Shown one piece after another: positions 61,000-64,000 of a DNA stretch of 64,000 bases. The stretch spans positions 12,290-76,289 of the forward strand of contig JAJYXU010000096.1 in the NCBI GenBank assembly GCA_021801605.1. The letters are read 5' to 3'. Each line of letters opens with the position of its first letter. Position 1 is the stretch's first letter. The DNA is from Bacteroidota bacterium (GTDB lineage Bacteria; Bacteroidota; Ignavibacteria; Ignavibacteriales; Melioribacteraceae). The translations under genes were made by a program, and so were the position numbers. Below the pieces are notes generated by a model. That model was not told the origin of the DNA. It was given only the letters and a program-made list of their open reading frames with translations, and ran no database searches.

Positions 61000-61209
61000 A
61001 TGACCCAGTTATTGGAAAAGGCAGTAGAAGAAATTTCACAGTTGTCGAGAACCGAACAAGATTCAATAGCTGCTGTTATTCTTGAAGAAATATCCGATGA
61101 GAAAAAGTGGAAAGAATCATTTCTTGTATCACATAAAGGATTGGAATTACTAGCTAAAGGAGCGCTTGTAGAATATCAGAGCGGCAGGACCAAGCCATTG
61201 AAATATTAA
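61000..61209 (+). CDS. small hypothetical protein, antitoxin-like
   Basis: 69 aa. The N-terminal MTQLLEKAVEEISQLSRTEQDSIAAVILEEI pattern resembles type II antitoxin-like helical proteins. No toxin partner is adjacent. Confidence 0.4.
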   Translation: MTQLLEKAVEEISQLSRTEQDSIAAVILEEISDEKKWKESFLVSHKGLELLAKGALVEYQSGRTKPLKY

Positions 61210-61251
61210 AAATATGATTAGCTATTTAAATTTTATACGGGACAGTGTTTA

Positions 61252-62079
61252 ATGAAAATTGCCTTAGTTCAACAAAAATCGTCAAGCAGTAAAGAACAGA
61301 ATATTCAAAAAGGAGTTGATGCCGTAAGAACTGCCGCTTTATCAGGTTCCAAGATAATTTCATTTTCGGAATTAGCATTTATTCCATTCTTCCCGCAGAA
61401 ACCGTCATCAGCAAAACCATTAGAAATTGCCGAATCAATTCCTGGTCCCACGACAGATATTTTTTCTCAATTAGCAAAAGAGTTGAATGTTGTTATCATT
61501 CTAAATCTTTATGAAAAAGATAAAGATGGTACATACGATTCATCTCCAGTTATTGATGCAGATGGAAAAATTCTTGGCACAACAAGAATGATTCATATTA
61601 CCGATTATGCATGCTTTCACGAAAAAGATTTTTATACTCCCGGTAACAATGGCGCTCCAGTTTATGAAACTAAATTTGGGAAAATTGGTGTGGCTATCTG
61701 TTACGACAGACATTACCCGGAATATATGCGTGAACTGGCAATTAATGGCGCCGAGATCGTTTTTATTCCTCAAGCAGGGGCTGTTGGCGAATGGCCGGAA
61801 GGATTGTATGAGGCGGAGATGAGAGTAGCCGCATTTCAGAATGGATATTTTACTGCTCTGTGTAATAGAGTAGGACAAGAAGAATGTTTAACTTTTTCCG
61901 GCGAATCTTTTGTTTGTAATCCTGAAGGCGAAGTTATTACTCGTGCCGGATTAGGAACCGAAGAAATCTTGTATTGTGATATTGATTTGGATAAATGTAA
62001 AACCTCTCACGCGAAGAGATTATTTTTTAGAGACAGAAGACCGGAACTCTATACCGATTGGTTTAAGCATCACAAATGA
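61252..62079 (+). CDS. carbon-nitrogen hydrolase (nitrilase superfamily) amidase
   Basis: 275 aa. Catalytic-triad context FSELAF (Glu) and VAICYDRHYPE (Cys). Resembles N-carbamoylputrescine amidase / beta-ureidopropionase-like enzymes. Substrate not assignable. Confidence 0.8.
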   Translation: MKIALVQQKSSSSKEQNIQKGVDAVRTAALSGSKIISFSELAFIPFFPQKPSSAKPLEIAESIPGPTTDIFSQLAKELNVVIILNLYEKDKDGTYDSSPVIDADGKILGTTRMIHITDYACFHEKDFYTPGNNGAPVYETKFGKIGVAICYDRHYPEYMRELAINGAEIVFIPQAGAVGEWPEGLYEAEMRVAAFQNGYFTALCNRVGQEECLTFSGESFVCNPEGEVITRAGLGTEEILYCDIDLDKCKTSHAKRLFFRDRRPELYTDWFKHHK

Positions 62080-62108
62080 AATATTCTCATTAACTGTGTG
62101 AGTAAGAG

Positions 62109-62777
62109 ATGAATAAATTAGATGGAATAATGTCGCTTCTGATTGCATGTATTGAAATTATTTATGTTATCAACCTTCTAATTTTTTCTGAAAAGAATTC
62201 AATAAACAAACTCGTAATAGGAATAGTGACTCTTCTGCTCGGCTATCAATTTATTGAGTTTTTAATTTGCAATGTTGGTTTACAAAAACAAATCTTTATC
62301 TATCTTGCATTTCTAGATATAACTCTTTTACCGCCTCTCAGTTTATACACTGTCCTAAAGTTTTCAGCAAGAGAATCGCATTTCAGCAAACTTGTTTTTA
62401 TTCCAGCACTTTTTTTCATCGTTTATTATCTGTTTGTGCTCAGTCAATTTGCCGTTACAAAGTGTACGGTTTTATATGCTTCATATCATTATCCTCTCGG
62501 CGAGTTGTACGGAATAATTTATTACCTGCCGATTATCTTTTCAAATATCATACTGAATAAAAAATGGGGAGCGGAAACAGACCCGCTTCAGAAATCTCTT
62601 ACAAGAACATTTCTGTTTGGATTTCTTTTCACATTTGTTCCCTCAATGATTCTTGCTATAGCAATTCCGGCATTTATAACTGCGGTCGAAAGTTTGTTGT
62701 GCAAACTTGCATTCATATTCGCATCATTCTTATTTTATTTTGCGTTGAAGAATAAACACAACATAGAAAGGAAATAA
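62109..62777 (+). CDS. hypothetical polytopic membrane protein (6-7 TM)
   Basis: 222-aa ORF, hydrophobic throughout. No recognisable motif. Confidence 0.55.
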   Translation: MNKLDGIMSLLIACIEIIYVINLLIFSEKNSINKLVIGIVTLLLGYQFIEFLICNVGLQKQIFIYLAFLDITLLPPLSLYTVLKFSARESHFSKLVFIPALFFIVYYLFVLSQFAVTKCTVLYASYHYPLGELYGIIYYLPIIFSNIILNKKWGAETDPLQKSLTRTFLFGFLFTFVPSMILAIAIPAFITAVESLLCKLAFIFASFLFYFALKNKHNIERK

Positions 62778-62778
62778 T

Positions 62779-63108
62779 TTGCCGGAAACAATTCTAAATA
62801 TTTACCTGATCATTGATAAGAATATCATCACCGCTTATAAATGCAAGGCATATCAGCAGAAAGGAAGCGATGAAGAGAAGATCAACTATTTAAAAGAACA
62901 CGCTAAAGAAGATTTTACAAGCGCATATCATTTTGATGCGCCTCAAAATAAACGGGGCGAGTTCATGTCGTATAAAAAATTTTCTAAGATTGAATCGCAA
63001 GGTCTGCAATATAAATTGTTCGAAGAGATATTTGAAAAATTTAATGTCCCGGAGAAACCGCTTGTCTGTGTTACTCCGGTTGTGGATGGAGAAATTTGGG
63101 CGAAATAA
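62779..63108 (+). CDS. hypothetical protein
   Basis: 109-aa ORF with a TTG start, 1 nt after the membrane protein stop. No recognisable motif. Confidence 0.4.
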   Translation: MPETILNIYLIIDKNIITAYKCKAYQQKGSDEEKINYLKEHAKEDFTSAYHFDAPQNKRGEFMSYKKFSKIESQGLQYKLFEEIFEKFNVPEKPLVCVTPVVDGEIWAK

Positions 63109-63136
63109 TTTTTTAAGGTGTTAAGGGAATACTAAA

Positions 63137-63352
63137 ATGACTAGAAATTATTTCGTTTGTGTTGATAACTCTAATTATAAAGCATCTCTTGAAAAATGGA
63201 AAATTTATAAGGTTAAGATAGATTCTGAATCAGAAAAGTTAGGGTTACTTAACGTAATAGATGAATCAGGTGAGAATTATTTCTATCCCGATAAAATGTT
63301 TGTTAGAATTGACCTTCCTTTAACTCTCCGAAAGAAAATGAAAGCAGCGTAA
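63137..63352 (+). CDS. small conserved-looking hypothetical protein
   Basis: 71 aa. The YKASLEKWKIYKV...LNVIDESGENYFYPDKMF pattern recurs in small uncharacterised bacterial proteins, as far as I recall. Confidence 0.45.
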   Translation: MTRNYFVCVDNSNYKASLEKWKIYKVKIDSESEKLGLLNVIDESGENYFYPDKMFVRIDLPLTLRKKMKAA

Positions 63353-63445
63353 AGCTGAAATGTTAGTACTTTTTCTCTCCCACTTTCCATTTGCATCTTT
63401 TACTCAGCCACCTTATCTTGAACTAAAACTTAGAGGGAAAATTGT

Positions 63446-64000
63446 ATGGCGATCTATAAAGATTTCAAGACCATTCCACAACTTTTTCAAATTATAACAA
63501 AGGATTTTGCAAAGGGAAAAGATCTGGCTGTGTTGAAGTATAAAGCCGGCGATCAATGGAAAGAGATCGGCTATGATGAGCTTTATAGAGATACAGAGAA
63601 TTTTGCTTTAGGGCTTGCCTCATTGGGAGTTAAACGTAACGATAAAGTTGCCATCATCGCGGAAAACCGTCCCGAATGGGTTTATTCTGATATGGCAATA
63701 CTAGGTTTGGGCGGAGTAGATGTTCCTCTTTATCCGATCTCAACTTCGGAAACAATTGAGTTTTGCCTTAACAATTCGGAATCGGTCGGCATTATTGTTT
63801 CCAATAAGTTTCAATTGAATAAAGTTCTGAAGGTGCGGAATGAATGTAAAACTCTACAGTTCATAGTTGTAATGAATAATGAAGATAAAGGAACAGAAAA
63901 GGATGTATTCAGTTTTACAGATGTTCAGGCTAAAGGATTGGAGTTCGGTAAAGATTACCCAAATTATTTTGTTGAAAATTCCAAACTCACCCGGGAGAAT
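63446..64000 (+). CDS. AMP-dependent long-chain acyl-CoA synthetase (N-terminal part, continues beyond window)
   Basis: ATG 63446, open to the window end (185 codons). GDKVAIIAENRPEWVYSDMAILGLGGVDVPLYP is typical of FadD-like ligase N-termini. Not in the ORF track because it is open-ended. Confidence 0.8.
   Translation, partial: MAIYKDFKTIPQLFQIITKDFAKGKDLAVLKYKAGDQWKEIGYDELYRDTENFALGLASLGVKRNDKVAIIAENRPEWVYSDMAILGLGGVDVPLYPISTSETIEFCLNNSESVGIIVSNKFQLNKVLKVRNECKTLQFIVVMNNEDKGTEKDVFSFTDVQAKGLEFGKDYPNYFVENSKLTREN

Noticed and set aside
62267-62755. Two alternative-frame ORFs (97 and 63 aa) inside the 222-aa membrane protein gene
   Set aside because: They are on the same strand, in out-of-frame overlap with a longer hydrophobic ORF that has coherent TM periodicity.

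Overview
AT-rich bacterial chromosomal window. Gene content and order resemble the FCB group (Ignavibacteria/Chlorobi/Bacteroidota-like); this placement is inference only, based on the short ~284-aa primary sigma factor, a dcw cluster without ddl/murB, and the tRNA-secE-nusG layout. (1) Minus strand 1-15630: a complete dcw division/cell-wall cluster, mraZ-rsmH-ftsL-ftsI-murE-murF-mraY-murD-ftsW-murG-murC-ftsQ-ftsA-ftsZ, with ftsZ running off the window edge. (2) 15.7-20.7 kb: a small degraded accessory patch. It holds a 5'-truncated ISL3-like transposase abutting the mraZ promoter region, a start-less ORF remnant, truncated small genes, a beta-propeller lipoprotein, and a 7TM-LuxR one-component regulator with a perfect 20-bp palindrome upstream. 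(3) Plus strand 20.8-52.1 kb: tRNA-Tyr/Gly/Thr, rpmG, tRNA-Trp, secE-nusG-rplKAJL-rpoBC, then the str (rpsL-rpsG-fusA-tuf), S10, spc and alpha operons. A tRNA-Gln gene is embedded between rplR and rpsE, and a nested inverted-repeat element lies between tuf and rpsJ. (4) 52.1-64 kb: engB, a GAF/degenerate-GGDEF protein, deoB, two tandem orphan EutN/CcmL (BMC vertex) paralogs directly upstream of the primary sigma factor, an NlpC/P60 lipoprotein, a frameshifted HEPN plus MNT pair, fumC, small hypothetical genes, a C-N hydrolase and a partial acyl-CoA synthetase. I saw no CRISPR array, rRNA or prophage. The observations most worth follow-up are the eutN-eutN-rpoD arrangement, the tRNA-Gln inside the spc operon, the structured tuf-rpsJ spacer, and the IS-remodelled region upstream of mraZ.
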